Positions 40,701 to 55,021 of a DNA stretch of 64,000 nucleotides are shown in pieces (position 1 is the first letter of the stretch; each line of letters opens with the position of its first letter). The notes under the pieces are model-generated. The model saw only the letters and a list, made by a program, of their open reading frames with translations, made no database searches and was not told where the DNA came from. A program made the position numbers and the translations under genes. Source of the stretch: Octopus sinensis (taxonomy: Eukaryota); assembly GCF_006345805.1 (NCBI RefSeq), contig NC_043003.1, positions 77,686,001-77,750,000 on the forward strand, given 5' to 3'.

Positions 40701-41640
40701 TCAAGTTGAGTAAAAAGTAAGCAACATTTTGAAGCATGAAATTCATCACAATATATATCAACAATGCAGAAATTTTATTCATCAAAGTGGAGTACCATTA
40801 CAATCAACACATTTTTGCTAACGAGTTACAAGATCTGGAGCTGATGAAGTCTTTGAACGCACTTTCAGCATCGGTTTGATATTTTAATTCCTTCTCGCGC
40901 AGGAAACTATCAAGGTACTTGAAAAGGTGGTTGTCGGTAGGAAAAGGTCTGGGGAATAAGCTGGGTGGGGAAGAACTTTGTAGCCAAGTTCCTTCAACTT
41001 CTAGAGGGTCATTAGTGAAATGTGTGGTGGAGCATTGTCATGAAGAATGATTGGCTCTATTCTGTCGACCAGTCTGGGACAGAGGAGTAGCAGTTCTTCG
41101 TTCATTTTGGCAATTTCATGGCAATATGTTTCTGCAGAATTGATTTTTCCGGGTTTTAAGAAGCTATTGTGGATGAATCCAACATTACACCACCAAGCAG
41201 TCACTATAACCTTCTTTTGAAGAGCTCGGGTATAGGGAAGGTTTTGGTGCTTCATTTTGGTCCAACCACTGCGAATAACGTTTTTTTTATTATTGTAAAA
41301 AAAACTACTTTTCATCACAAGTTACAGTACGGTCGACAAATGGATCGATCTGGCTACGGAGAAGAAGCGACGAGCAAATTTCATATCTGCGCATTTTCTG
41401 ATTTTCATTCAAATCGTGTGGTACCCATTTAACGAGCGTTTTTTGATTTTCCGCTCTCATGCAAATGGTCGCAGGTAGATTTCTAGCTAACTTTTGCCAG
41501 TTCACGAGTGGTTTTACGTGCATTTTTCTCAATGGTGGTCTTTAATTGACCGTCATCAAGGCTCAGGTCTTCCATCGTGAAATCGTTGAAAGCATTTTCG
41601 AGCTGACCACTCACTAGTTATTTCCTGACCAAATGTTTCG
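40701..41640 (-). mobile_element. Mariner (Hsmar1-like, DD34D) transposase pseudogene with one TIR
   Basis: KWVPHDL, VTCDEK, ILHDNAPPH, HPAYSPDLFPTD; TIR tcaagttgagtaaaaagtaagcaacatttt at 40701-40730 after TA; 5' part missing. Confidence 0.93.
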
Positions 41641-41649
41641 TTGGTTTTT

Positions 41650-43215
41650 GTTTATTACCTATTACAGGCGCACATAGAGAGGACAATACAATATTATCTG
41701 GGGTCATATACAATCAAATGATAATAAAAATTTTAAAAGACAAAATGAAAAATCGAATGGGACACAAAAGACAATTACATACAATGTAAGACAATATGGG
41801 GTTTAAAAGACAGCTATGCTCTACCTCACGAGCCCTGACTTCTCTGCCGACACCTTGGAAATCTCTATGATGTGTTTCACGCGGGGCTTTTCACTCCCAA
41901 CATACGTGCTACACGCGTCCATCTTTTTTTTAACATACTTACTGACAGACACCTTCTTTCCAGCCCCACCTTCCTTTTCTGGTGAAAAGTGAAAACATTC
42001 ACCAGAGCGAGACCGGAGGCGAAGCTGTCTGTCACAATACCTTTCATTCTCAACTACCATATCACTTCTCTCGCAATTGCTACTACTACGAGAAAACAAT
42101 TCTTACCTTCTTCGGTAAGGAAATCCGGTGGGGTAATTTTTAAAATTGACTCAGACGATAGCTGTACTCTTCTTCCATCTGACAACAGGTGTTCTGCATA
42201 AGTCCACACTACTGATACATCCGGACACTAAACAATAGCGTGCAGGACGATTTCCACGTCCCGCTCGCATCTTGGACAGGCCGACGGCCCAGGGTGGCCG
42301 TGTCTGGTGAGCTTATCCCGAACGGGTAGGGCTCCTCGGTAACAATGACAGGGCAAAGACTTTTGGAAGTTATTCAGTGTCTTCGGACCGAATGTTCTTC
42401 GGAACAGGCTGTCTGATTATCATCGAGACCCAGAGTCCTTCTCAGGGCATCAACATTTCCAGCCTCTACCAACCTACCATAATAAGCCGTGATGGTACCG
42501 AAACCGCTGGCGTTTCCCGAGTTGCAGAACTGGAGGAAGTCTTGCGGCACTCCGTATACCAGGTACCCAACCTCGATCTTCGACGAAACCACTTTTCTCA
42601 ATCCACCAAAACTAGTAAATCTGTGGAACATCCGTCTAGCGGGCGAAGACCACACCCGTTCACCATCCAGGTAGATCCACAAGTGCCTCGACCTTAGCAC
42701 ATGCTTGCGTATCAACAGCAAGGCATCCCTAACCCACTCTTTAACGGCTTTTGACAGCAAATAGAACGTCTTACAAGTGGAGCGGAGTTCATCCACAAAA
42801 AGCGAAAGATTTGCCTCTCCAACTTGGACAAGGAATGACGGTTAGGCGGTAAACTATGACCGATGCGATAAACACATTACCTACTTCCGCCTTCCCTTTC
42901 AAGGATAGTCACTGCCAAGACCAGGTCTTGACTATGTTGGTCACTTTGCTCGATACCTCGGACCAGTTCTTTTCTATCTGGAGATCTGTACCAATAGCAA
43001 CTTAACCGGGCCCTCCGTCCAGTGTCCCACGATGCTATTCGAAAGCATCGACTTGCCCCTCGAGGTGCCGAGTTGCAAGCCAGCAGATTTTTCCCAATTA
43101 ATTTTTGCTCCTGGCACCGTCTCGTAAATCTTGATGGTTTCGCCTAGTTTCTGTAGGTGTTCCATCCTGGTCACGATGATAGTGATGTCGTCCGTGTACG
43201 CTGTAACCAATCCTC
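41650..43215 (-). mobile_element. Tx1/L1-like LINE 3' relic (RT 5-7, C-terminus, 3' UTR)
   Basis: VTAYTDDITIIV...GAKINWEKSAGL...GPVKLL; 3' end ctctatgtgcgcctgtaataggtaataaac. Confidence 0.85.
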
Positions 43216-43266
43216 CACCTCCTGGGAAGCAAGCTTCTCACCACACCAGCCGGCCACACCTATATA

Positions 43267-43310
<44 letters not shown>

Positions 43311-43641
43311 GTGTACGTATGTGTCCATCTATATTTCTTTCTCTTTCTCTATCTCTATATATTTATGTTTACACTCACACATATGACAGGCTTCTATGCG
43401 GTTTCCTCTATGAAATTTTATTCACACTTCTTTTAGTTAGCCAGAAGTTATAGAAGAAAACGCTTTCCCAGAGTAATGCGGCTATCGGACCACGAAGTTG
43501 CGAAGCAAATATTCTCACCTTACAGCTATCATTCTTCATTCCCTTGTGATCTTTCATATCTGATTACAAATGTCGTTATTTAATCATATATTCAAATCAA
43601 ACTGGTTGACCAACGAATATGATATTTATATGTAACTTAAG

Positions 43642-43867
43642 AACAGAAATCTGGACGCAAATGTACAAACGACAACAGGGAACATGATTGTAAGTTAGCA
43701 ACTGATGAAATGATTATGTAATTTCCTATCAAATGTTATAAGGATGTACATTTTCGTTATAAACTTACTAGCATGCCCATGTCGTCAAAAATGTTGGTAC
43801 TTTTATTAATGATAGAAAATGGTTCATCAAAGCAATTGAAGAAACCATTGATAAATGTCAGCAATAG
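43642..43867 (+). CDS. Candidate exon pair 43642-43689 and 43772-43867 (NRNLDANVQTTTGNMI / HAHVVKNVGTFINDRKWFIKAIEETIDKCQQ*)
   Basis: ATT|gtaagt, 82-nt intron, cttactag|CAT; phase 0 compatible; ends in TAG; no homology recognised. Confidence 0.28.
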
Positions 43868-43972
43868 ATTAAATATATGTACAAACACAGTATTGAATCA
43901 GATGGAGAATTAGATGTGGTTTATTGTTTCTGTCGGAACTATTATATTGCATAAGTGTGTGTGTACGTGAGA

Positions 43973-44010
<38 letters not shown>

Positions 44011-44246
44011 TGTGTGTGTGTGTGCGTGTGTGCGTGTGTGCGCGTGTGTGTGTGTTTAATAAATTAAATAACATCTACTACGGAAATTTGCAGTTCCGTT
44101 TTGATTAAAATACCAGCTACTTTAGGGCATAATATCTCCGTATAGCTCACCTAAGTTCCGCATCTCTGTCACTCCTTTCCACTCCATTTGTCATTTTAGT
44201 AAGCAAGATGTGAAACGTATTGCGTTCTATCATATGTTATAAGCAA

Positions 44247-44469
44247 GAAGCAAACGAGCTGGCAGAATCGTTACCTCACCGGGCAAAATGCATAGCGGCC
44301 TTTCGTCCGTGTTTACTTTCTGAAGTCAAATTCCACCGAAGTCGACTTTGCCTTCCATCCTTTCCGGGTCTATAAAATAAGTATCAGTTGATCTTTGGTG
44401 ACGATATAATGTAATCGCCTTGTCCCTCCCCCTGAATTTGCTGGCGTTGTACCAAAATTCGAATCCATT
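44247..44469 (+). mobile_element. Meta-like SINE with 15-bp TSD
   Basis: atatgttataagcaa at 44232-44246 and atatgctataagcaa at 44470-44484. Confidence 0.85.
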
Positions 44470-44888
44470 ATATGCTATAAGCAAAAATATGTTTAATCCT
44501 TTCATAATCTCATTTCAGAATTTGAACGTTGTCTTAAAGTAAAAGACATGAAAGAGAGAATTACGCTGAGGATCACAGCGCTTCACCGTAGGATCGCAGA
44601 TTCGGTTTCGGTTTAATCCGACAAATCACTTCAAAATGTAAAATAATTTAGCTCTCATTTACTTTTGTTACGTTACTCGGTGATTAAAAAATACATATAA
44701 TTTATGTCGTAGTTTAGCTCAAAGTCAGTACTGACCGGGCAGATTCCAAGTGTTCCAACCATGACCATACCGTCATTTTGGCCAACATTATCCAATAACC
44801 AACATTATCCAATAGGGCTTTCCTTCGGATGTTGATAGGTATGACTTGGTTGAATTAATGGATAAGTATAAACTACCAGTGTAAACTA

Positions 44889-45360
44889 GGCACAGGCGTG
44901 GTTGTATGGTACGAAGTTTACTTACCAACTACATGGTTTGGGGTATGATCCTACTGCGTGCATCTTGAGCAAATGTCTTCTATAACCTCGGGCTAACCAA
45001 AACCGTGTGAGTGGATTTGGGAGGTGGACACAGAAAGAATCCCAATTTATACCTTCATGAGTGCTTGTGTGGTGTGTGTGTGTGTGCGTGTGTGCGCGCA
45101 CTTGTGTGCTTGTGTGTGCTTGTGTGTGTTTGCATGTCTGCGTGTGTCTTTGTATCTGTGTTTGTCCCCACCCCATCACTTGACAACCGGTATTGGTTTG
45201 TTTACGTCCCCGTAAGAGAGCGGTTTGACAAAAACAATGATAGAAGTACTAGACTTTAAAAAAAAAGTACCGGGATCAAATCATTCCACCAAAAGTTCTT
45301 CAAGATAGTATCCCAGCATGGCCGCAGTCTAATGACAAAAACAAGTAAATAGATAAAAGA
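44889..45360 (+). mobile_element. SINE family C (diverged), internal (TG)n
   Basis: Collinear with 33857-34264. Confidence 0.85.
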
Positions 45361-45744
45361 CATGATGAATTCTTACAAGCGTTTTTGAAAAATAAGATGT
45401 CTAGATGGAGAACAAAAATATTCAATCACAAAAAAAAAATAATAAAATTGTCATAAAAACAGACACAATTTACATCAGAAATAAACTATCCTAAAGAGTT
45501 TTGCTTGAATACTTGTAAACATCATCGTTCTTGTTTCACTGAGTGAAACTTTAAATTCTGCGAAACGGTGTCTGCAAGGTTAAGTGGATCGAGGTCGTAA
45601 GTCATTTCTCTGTGAAGATGACATCAAACAGTTTACTAACCCAGTGATACATACGGAAATATTTTGTAATTTTGTGGGTGCGAGACGTGCCAAGGCTACT
45701 TTGAATCGTGTTAATCTGACGAAGAGAGTAACCACCGACAAATA

Positions 45745-45960
45745 ATGCTTTTCAAATTTTGGTTCAAGGTCTGCAATTACGGGAGAGGGTATAAATTGAT
45801 GACATCGTCCTCAGTGCTCAACTAGAACTTATTTTATCGACTTCAAAAGGATGAAAGGAAAAGTCGACCTCGGCGGAATTTGAACTCGGTGCATAAAGAC
45901 AGACGAAATGCTGCTAAGCATTTTGCCTGGCGTGCAAACGATTCTGCCAGCTCGCCGCAT
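45745..45960 (-). mobile_element. Meta-like SINE
   Basis: aaggatgaaaggaaaagtcgacctcggcggaatttgaactc on +. Confidence 0.85.
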
Positions 45961-46163
45961 TCATCACATACAAATATGAGTAACGTACAATATCAGTTCA
46001 AGTACGACACCGATTTCTTTGGTTCCTAAGCCATTCCGGATAACTGATTTTTCCGAACCAAGGGTGGTCACCTAGGTCAACACATTAAATTAAGCAAATA
46101 TTAAATTTACTTAAAAAATTAAATGGAATACAGGTATCTATATACTAGTGTAAATTAGTGCGA

Positions 46164-46263
46164 NNNNNNNNNNNNNNNNNNNNNNNNNNNNNNNNNNNNN
46201 NNNNNNNNNNNNNNNNNNNNNNNNNNNNNNNNNNNNNNNNNNNNNNNNNNNNNNNNNNNNNNN
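46164..46263. other. Assembly gap (100 N)
   Basis: Seen directly. Confidence 1.
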
Positions 46264-46555
46264 CGTGCGATCGTGAGGTTGTGAGTTCAATTCCCGGACC
46301 GGGCTGCGTGTTGTGTTCTTGAGCAAGACACTTTATTTCACGTTGCTCCAGTTAACTCAGCTGCAGAAATGAATTGCGACGTCACAGGTACCAAGCTGTA
46401 TCGGCCTTTGCCTTTCCCTTGGATAACATCGGCGGCGTGGAGAGGAGAGGCTGGTATGCATGGGCGACTGCCTGTCTTCCATAAACAATCTTGCCCGGAC
46501 TTGTACCTCGGAGGGTAACTTTCTAGGTGCAATCCCATGGTCATTCATGATAGAT
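46264..46555 (+). mobile_element. SINE head A + tail T4 (5' end lost in the gap)
   Basis: gatcgtgaggttgtgagttcaattcccggaccggg...cttgagcaagacactttatttcacgttgctccag, then a tail unique in the window. Confidence 0.8.
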
Positions 46556-46574
46556 GGGGATCTCCCCATATATA

Positions 46575-46613
<39 letters not shown>

Positions 46614-46889
46614 TATATACACATACATACACACAACACACACACACACCACATATATATATATATATATATATAGTGTGTGTGTGTGTGTGTGGGTATG
46701 TGTGTGTGAATTCCGATGAACACCAACAGTATATTCGATGATAAATACTTCAGACGAGTGTTCAAGATAAGTTCTGACTTTTGTGTAATATCGTAAATGA
46801 AAAAGTTCGATCAACAGGCATTATCCTAACATATTTTCCTTTCCTCACATTGTACATAATTTGATATATAAAACAAAGTAGTGAAATAC

Positions 46890-47140
46890 TTAAACAGGAC
46901 TTTATATAGGTTTGTAATGATCCAAAACTGGAATATAAACTACAATTTGTTGCACAGTTTCAGCATACATTAATGCAGTTACTGTTCCCATTACCTCAAT
47001 TACCTTTAATACACTTGTGGGGCTAATATAGAAGCTATAAAACTCTCTTAAGAAAGCTAATGAATTCTGGAATCGGAGTCCTAGAGGCATTTCAATGTTG
47101 TTTACAGCATTCATCATGCATTCCTTATTGTTAAGACATA
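46890..47140 (+). mobile_element. Decayed CR1-like RT thumb fragment
   Basis: TLYRF / PKLEY ... SYKTLLRKL resembles TLxxSxVRPxLEY...SYxERLKKL. Confidence 0.4.
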
Positions 47141-47792
47141 TCGGTGTTTGCCTGTTACAACATTACCATAATGACAATAACATGTGTGCATGTTTTGCAT
47201 ATATCCATTTTCACACATGCGCCTAAATGTTGACTGCGACCTCAATTTTCACTACTCGAGGTTTATTCAAACAGCATCACTCCACCAAGAGAAAAAATAT
47301 TAAAGGTGCTTATGCACAAAAAAACTCTATAAAACAAGGGTGGTTGTGGTTGCGTGGTTAAGCAGGCTACTTTGTAGCCACGTGGTTTTGAGGTTCAGTC
47401 CCACTGCAGAGCACCTTGGACAAGTATCTGTTGTCATAGACCCGGGCCCACCAATGACTTGTGAGTGAATTTGATAGACGGAAGCCCCTCATATACATGT
47501 GTGTGTGTGTGCGTGCGTGTGCATGTTCATTAAAAAATGAAAATAGATTAAAGATAAAGATAGAATATACAGCGGTGGTAGTAAATTTAATTATTCATCG
47601 GAGATGTGTCTGTTTTCTGCTCACTGTCAAATTATGGTAGTAAATTTTATATACATGAAATACCAAGAAAGCATAAAACAGACAAAATAGAGCTGAATAA
47701 AGTGACGGTTAAAACCTTCCGATCGAATTACCTGAATATAAAGCATCTTAAGGCAAGAGATATAAAACAAGAAAACAGTAAAATACATTTAA

Positions 47793-47839
<47 letters not shown>

Positions 47840-48015
47840 ACTGCTGCGCTGCTGCTGCTGCTGATGCTGCTGCAGCTGTTATTGCTAGAACACGTGCGCG
47901 CACGCACACATACACACATACTCACATACAGAAGCATATATGCCTACATATATGGTGTATAAAATAAAGACATAAATATGCATATATATTTACATACACG
48001 TACATACATATATAC

Positions 48016-48057
<42 letters not shown>

Positions 48058-48061
48058 GGAT

Positions 48062-48104
<43 letters not shown>

Positions 48105-48746
48105 CATACATACATACATACATACATACATACATACATACATACATACATACATACATACATACGACAACCATCCACCTATCCATACATACATACAGGC
48201 ATACATACATTCATATACATACATACATACATACATACATACATACATACTTACACACATATATACATACATGTGAAGATGTGTGGTCAAAAGGTGAGGC
48301 TTTGCACTCACAATCGCAAAATCGTGGTCTCACTTCCCAAACAGGTGTTACGTCATCTTCTTGCGCAAAATATTTCATTTCACTCTCCATAGCCAGCGGG
48401 GTGGCATCATTCGAAAACTAGAATACTACTAGAAAGGGCATTGTGACCAGTGGTGTACAACAACATCCGATAGTCTGATCAATACTGTGTACAGGATGTG
48501 TGTGTGTGTGCGTGAGTGTGTGTGTGTGTATAAATGCGTGTGCGTGAGTGTGAGTGCATGCACATGCGCAATTGCTCATATCTTTATATACATATATTAT
48601 GTTTGTATGTATGTATATGTGTATATATATATAGATATATATATATATATATATACATATATAGTAGTATGTATGTATGTCATATATATATATATATACA
48701 TACACACACGTACATGTATACACACACACACACACACACACACCAC

Positions 48747-48827
<81 letters not shown>

Positions 48828-49429
48828 CTGATAATTCTTGAGTTAACTAAAATATCTTAACTTTGTTATTGAATATGTTTGAATCGTATATATTTAAATC
48901 TAGTTAACATATAAGCTTGCATAAACCAAATTTTAAAATTTATTTCATGACTTTATATCTGTACTATATTTTGCTATGTGCAAGTTCTTGGGAGAAAACA
49001 CATGACGATTCTGTATCAGAAAAGATTCATTACTAATTAAACGATTAATATATTTGCCTAGGGTTATGGCATGCTGATAGTTTCAAATATGGATGAAATG
49101 ATGCAATATATAGGTATCAATGACTAAAAGATATTTAGGATTGCTGAACAAATTGTCAGATATGTATACTCTGTGCATCACTTTTATAGTTGTAAATTTA
49201 AAATTGAAACTTCCTTCACCGTCATGATTTAGATTTATCTAGAAATGATTATTTACGTTACAATAATTATCATCAGGGTTTCAGGGATTTAAATAGTATA
49301 TAGTGTATAAGACTGAAACTGTATTGTGCCCCACGGATGTTTGGAGACAGAGTTGTCCAGAAGATTTTGATTTTGTTTTCGGCATCTAGGCTAGAGCTGG
49401 GTGTGTCGGCGTGATACGAGGTCAAGATA

Positions 49430-49901
49430 AAGTACCGTAAATCCTCGAGTATAATCCACACGTTTTTTCCCAAAATTCCTAGTGCGTAATACGAGGTTAA
49501 AAATGAAAAAATATTTTCTAAGCAATGTCCGAGTCTCTATTTGCTGTCCGGCAATGTGTATTCAGACGTTTATTTTGTGATGTCGGGCAGAAAAATACCT
49601 TAAATCATCCATAACTTGCAGTTAGCAACATTTATTAAACGTTATTACTGCTATTTCTTTATTTTCTGCAAACAAAATGCACAAAAAAGCTACACGTTTG
49701 CATTGTGTTATATATACAATAATAATAAAGGACGTTACCGTATACATTTTTACAAACCAAGGACGTTATATACCTCCTTGACTCAAGTTAGGAAGGGGTG
49801 CGTATATACTCAAGGTTTAGGTTTTTCAGAGGTACAGCCCCCTAAAAATCCCCTGCGTATTATACTCAAGGGCGGACTATACTCGAGGATTTACGGTACT
49901 T
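49430..49901. mobile_element. Tc1/mariner-type (pogo/Tigger-like) MITE
   Basis: 28-bp terminal inverted repeats aagtaccgtaaatcctcgagtataatcc / ggactatactcgaggatttacggtactt; no ORF. Confidence 0.8.
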
Positions 49902-51124
49902 GTAGGAGTCTGGTGCTAATACTCAAATTGTGACCTCCGTGAAAGGCAGACATGGGCCAGATAGTGACGTAATGTTTCTATCATCTAAGTTTCAGACCGT
50001 GTTGTTAAACGGAGCAGCGTTATGGACCCACGGTTTCAAAAGTAGAAGACACTTGGCCGTAGTGTTGTACATTGGAATCGAACCAAGAACTACTCGCTTC
50101 CTAAATGAAATTCTAAATCACACAGTCATGCATATGCCAATAGCATACATGTATGAAACAGCTTTCAAGGAATATTTCCGTATACATACGCTGGTGTATG
50201 TATATAAGCATATTAGTGCACAAACCAAACAATAGAGAAAGTGAGAGAAAGAGTGAGTGTGTATATGCGCGTACGGTACGTCTGTTTCTGTGTGTGTATC
50301 CATGTGTTGTATGCGCGTGTGTGCATGTATTTCTGTTGCGTGTATGTGCGTGAGTTTCTACGTGTGTAGATGGGCATGCGTTTGTGCATGCATCTGCATT
50401 ATTCCCTATGTGTATATGTGTGTGTGTTTCCATTTGTGTGTATTGCATATTTGCATGTTGCGTTCGTGCGTGCGTGTGTGTGAGTGCGTGAGTGGAGGGA
50501 GAGAGAGAGAGAGAGAGAGAGTGAGAATCGAAACCTCAAAAAGAGAAAAAAGAAAAGACAAAATTGATCAACGAAATGTGTCATCGAAAGAATGTATAGT
50601 TAATGAGGTGAGATCGTATGAAAGACATATTTATTCGCATTTGATTCTGGTAGTTTGCATTGTTTAAATCCTGCGTACAAATCTATCCACCATTATCTCA
50701 ATCATTGATTCACACACACACCACACACACACCTATACATAGGTGTGTGTGCACGTGTGTGTGTGTATACTCACACTACTCATACACACACATGCAACAA
50801 TGCACAATTCTACCAAGCTAAATAAAGTACTTCAACGCCGCCTAGTACATCATGTACAATACAATTTACATATTTAGCCAAACTCATGAACACATTCTTT
50901 GAGCATATTTGCATTAAAGTAACAATTTTCAATCATTTCAATAAATTTTAAGCTGAAATCTAATAAAAATAGAAACACACAAAACAAAAAGAAAACATAA
51001 CATACGCCTTTGTTTTTGGTTGTTATTTAAATTTTTCTTTTTCTCCAAAGTAGAAGAATGTTCGCTTAGACGCTTGTTACTTATGTTGAATTCATTCTCT
51101 TAAACTGTTCTAATTTGTGCAATG

Positions 51125-51169
<45 letters not shown>

Positions 51170-51209
51170 TAATAATAATAATAATAATAGTAATAATAAT
51201 AACAATAAC

Positions 51210-51274
<65 letters not shown>

Positions 51275-51999
51275 TAACAACAACAAGACGAATAATCCAG
51301 CTGGCTTCTCTGCCTTTATTCGAAAGATAACTATATTTTAAATAAGCATTTATACTTGCATTTCGGAGTTATAAATTGGAGTTATATACTGACTTGTTGC
51401 TAAGATACGGGTTTGATTTACGTTTCTATCATGATTTTTGCTGTTCTTATTGTTCTTATTGTTGTTTAGACCCAAGCAAGCTCTATTTGAGTATACCTGT
51501 TATCAGAAACGTTCCAACACTGACCACATTACCTCAAGTAAGCCGTAGTGTATTTGGAATTATAATACCCATTGTGTCCTTTTTATAACATCTTACTGTA
51601 TTGATTTGAAAGAAATTTAGCTTCTATTATTTACAAACAAGTATGATATACTAATGTAGTCTGATATGATAATATAGCATGTACTGCAATAGTGGTGTAT
51701 AGCATGCAGAGTATTCACAGCTTAAATATCTTTCGTTACACAGTGAGTGAAACAGCTAAACAGTATTAGCACTAACAACTACATCATATCCCAGAAATCC
51801 GACACGCTAAATATAAAAACGTAGATTATGTTTAAATGTCACTATGAGAATAAGTTTAACTTGACGTATTAAAGCAAAAATATGTAATTCAGCTGGTCTA
51901 CTAAAAGTATATAAATACAGATCTGCCGGTACTAAAAACAAAATATACAACTGTAAGCAGCATTAATACGATGTAAATATATGTGTGTGTATGATGTGT

Positions 52000-52385
52000 A
52001 TGGGTTCCGGGTTCAGTGTCATTGCGTGGCTCGGGCTGACCAAAGACTTGTGCGTGGATTTGGTACAAGGGAACTGAAAGAAACCAGTCGTATGTATATA
52101 TACATATATATTTGTGCATGTGTGTCTATGTGTGTGTGTGACTGTGTCTGTGTGTGTGTGTCTATGTATGTGAATGTGTGTGTATGTGTGTGCGTGTGTG
52201 TGTGTGTGCCTTTGTCCCTCACCATTACTTGACAACCAGTATTGGTGAGTTTACGTCTGCGTAACTTAGTGGTTCGGCAAAAGAACCGATAGAATATGAA
52301 CCAAACTTTTTTAAAAATAAGTACTGGGTTCGATTTATTCGACTAAAAGTTTTCAAGATGATACTCCAAAATGGCCTGCACGTAA
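52000..52385 (+). mobile_element. SINE family C (diverged), internal microsatellite
   Basis: Collinear with other C copies. Confidence 0.8.
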
Positions 52386-52389
52386 AAGG

Positions 52390-52422
<33 letters not shown>

Positions 52423-52425
<3 letters not shown>

Positions 52426-52650
52426 TTATTGCCCACAAGGGGTTAAACATAAAAGATATAAACAAGAACAGATAAAGGGAGTAAGTCGATTACATCGACC
52501 CCAGTGCGTAACTGGTACTTATTTAATTGACCCCGAAAGGATGAAAGGCAAAGTCGACTTCGTCAGAATTTGAACTCAGAACGTAACGGCTGACGAAATA
52601 CCGCTAAGAATTTAGCCTGTTATGCTAACGATTCTGCCATCTCACCGCTC
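52423..52650 (-). mobile_element. Meta-like SINE with Tx1-like tail
   Basis: Minus 3' end tgtttaaccccttgtgggcaataaagata. Confidence 0.85.
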
Positions 52651-53329
52651 TTTCCTTGATATGGCCCAGGTCCCTAAAGACTACTACCTTGTGTGTAATT
52701 CTGTGTTATAGTTATAATGGAACAAAAATGAAAGTTAATAAATTAAATGAACACTCACACACACACGACCTTAATTCGGCTTACTACCCCAACTAGAACT
52801 TTAAGGAATTTATTGGAATACGCTACGTTGAAAACATTCAGAGGACATCAACATTTTCCTCTTTTAAACTCCAAAAGTCTCACAATGACTACGAAAACTA
52901 TGGGTTGTCCCCTTTCTTTCTGTATCTAACCCAAGAACAAAATAGTTATTTACACATTTTCTTTTAAATACATATTTAAAAAATACACGCGCACACATGC
53001 ACATGCACATGCATATGCGCGCACGCATATGTATTCTCTATAGCCATATGTGCTTCGAGAATCATTGCTCCACAAGAGAACTTATTTCATGTTCTCTCGA
53101 AAGCTTATAATTTCTTTTGACGTCAACAACATAGCATACAATTCACGCCGGTAAGAAAAAAAGTCTCTAAAATGGATAGAGAAATTCAAAGGATTGCTTT
53201 GGTCTAATGGTAGAACGACTGTCATGTTTACAGGATTTGTGGGTTCGAATCCACGCGTAGCTTTCGATATTTTTCGTCCAAGAAAGTTCCTCCGTCCAAT
53301 ACTTACAAGCTATTATTTATATCTTAACA

Positions 53330-53545
53330 AAAGCGGTGAGATAGCAGAAACGTTGTCCACGCCGGACAAAATTCTTGGTAGCATTTCTTCTATCTTTGCG
53401 TTCTGAGTTCAAATTACACCGAGGTCTACTTTGCCTTTAATAATTTCGGGGTCGATAAAATAAGTACCAAATGATTAGGGATCGATATAATCGACTTAAC
53501 CACTCCATTGAAATCGCTGGCCTTGTGCCAAAACCTGAACCCATT
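53330..53545 (+). mobile_element. Meta-like SINE
   Basis: ttctgagttcaaatt...tttgcctttaataatttcggggtcgataaaataagtacc. Confidence 0.8.
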
Positions 53546-54234
53546 ATATATATTTTAATGTACTTCCAAAAAAAAAAAAAAGAATTATTTCACGTTCTTC
53601 CGAAATGCCGTAAATTCTTACGACGTAATACAGATAGATAGATATTAGTATCAGTTACACAAACTAGACTATTGAAACCTCCTGCATCGAAATCTTAGCA
53701 ATTTATTATTTAACCCTCCGGCCCTCTCTTAACTTCAATCATGCATCGTAAAGTAATTATACGTTGGTTTTTTGATGAAAATATTGTATGCGAGAAAAGG
53801 CAACCGTCTCAAGTAAATTATTATATGCATCTCGCAGCAGGCAGTCATATATTTACATTTATGTTTGTTCATGCAATAGATGCATACTGGCACACACATA
53901 TATACACGCGTTCACACATATAATTATATATATATATATATACATATGCGTGTGTGTACGTGCGTAGCTTGTATATATACATATGTGTGTGTGTGTGTGT
54001 GTGGAGCATGTGTTTGTGTATGTATGTATATATGACAGATCTGTGCATGTGTGTGCGTGTGTGCGTGTTTGTGTGTGTGTGCATGTGTGTGTGTATGTGT
54101 GTGTGTGATAGATGTGTGTATGCAGGTGTGTGAATTGACTGCCATCGAGGTTTCACCGATGAACTTTGTCAACCAGTGAACATATAAACAATGTACGCTT
54201 CTTACATCTAGAAGTACTGAGCTAAGATGTAGGA

Positions 54235-54274
<40 letters not shown>

Positions 54275-54349
54275 TGTTGTTGTAGTAGTAGCAGCAGCAG
54301 TAGTAGTTGTAGCAGCAGTAGTAGTTGTAGCAGTAGTAGTAGTATTAGT

Positions 54350-54381
<32 letters not shown>

Positions 54382-54410
54382 TAGTAGCAGCAGCAGTAGT
54401 AGTAGTAGTT

Positions 54411-54465
<55 letters not shown>

Positions 54466-54500
54466 CAGCAGCAGCAGCAACAAGAACAGCAGCAATAGCA
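54235..54500. repeat. (TAG)n/(CAG)n microsatellite; second tract at 54760-54822
   Basis: Seen directly. Confidence 0.95.
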
Positions 54501-54760
54501 CCTCTGGTAAGTTAAATAATTTAAGATGTATTTGAATAAGATTAGCTGGTGTAAATGATATTCATCATTAGAAAAATGGGAACTATAAAGATATAAAGAT
54601 ACAAATATATACAGTAAACTTTTCGGATAACATACAAAGAATGGTGAGAAACGCAAATGGAGTCGGAGATCAGTGGAAAATGTTATCAAAAACTAAGGTA
54701 GAATTTCTAACCAAAATTTGGGACTTGTGATGATATCTGAGAATCAAAGAAATGGCTATG

Positions 54761-54803
<43 letters not shown>

Positions 54804-54963
54804 CAGCAGCAGCAGCAGCAGAAACTTGCAGTCTACGTAGACTCCTTCTTAAACATAAATACCACAAAACTTCTTTAACGTCATGATTTCGTACGCACCT
54901 GCCTATCTTTCTCACCACCAACCTACATGCATGTATATATGTATGTATATACGTATGTGTGAA

Positions 54964-55021
<58 letters not shown>

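Noticed and set aside
47004-47151. Minus-strand exon candidate QTPICLNNKEC...LREFYSFYISPTSVLK with faint Stealth/GNPTAB CR4 resemblance
   Set aside because: The + strand carries CR1-like PKLEY...SYKTLLRKL motifs; motif spacing does not fit CR4 and no other Stealth regions were found
50884-50952. Minus exon candidate LKFIEMIENCYFNANMLKECVHE
   Set aside because: Weak donor (gtttgg), and its only putative partner exon at 47004 was rejected
53194-53262. tRNA-like sequence with A box, GGTTCGAATCC and an anticodon-like stem; likewise all SINE heads
   Set aside because: No proper 7-bp acceptor stem; SINE heads continue into SINE bodies, so none is called a tRNA gene
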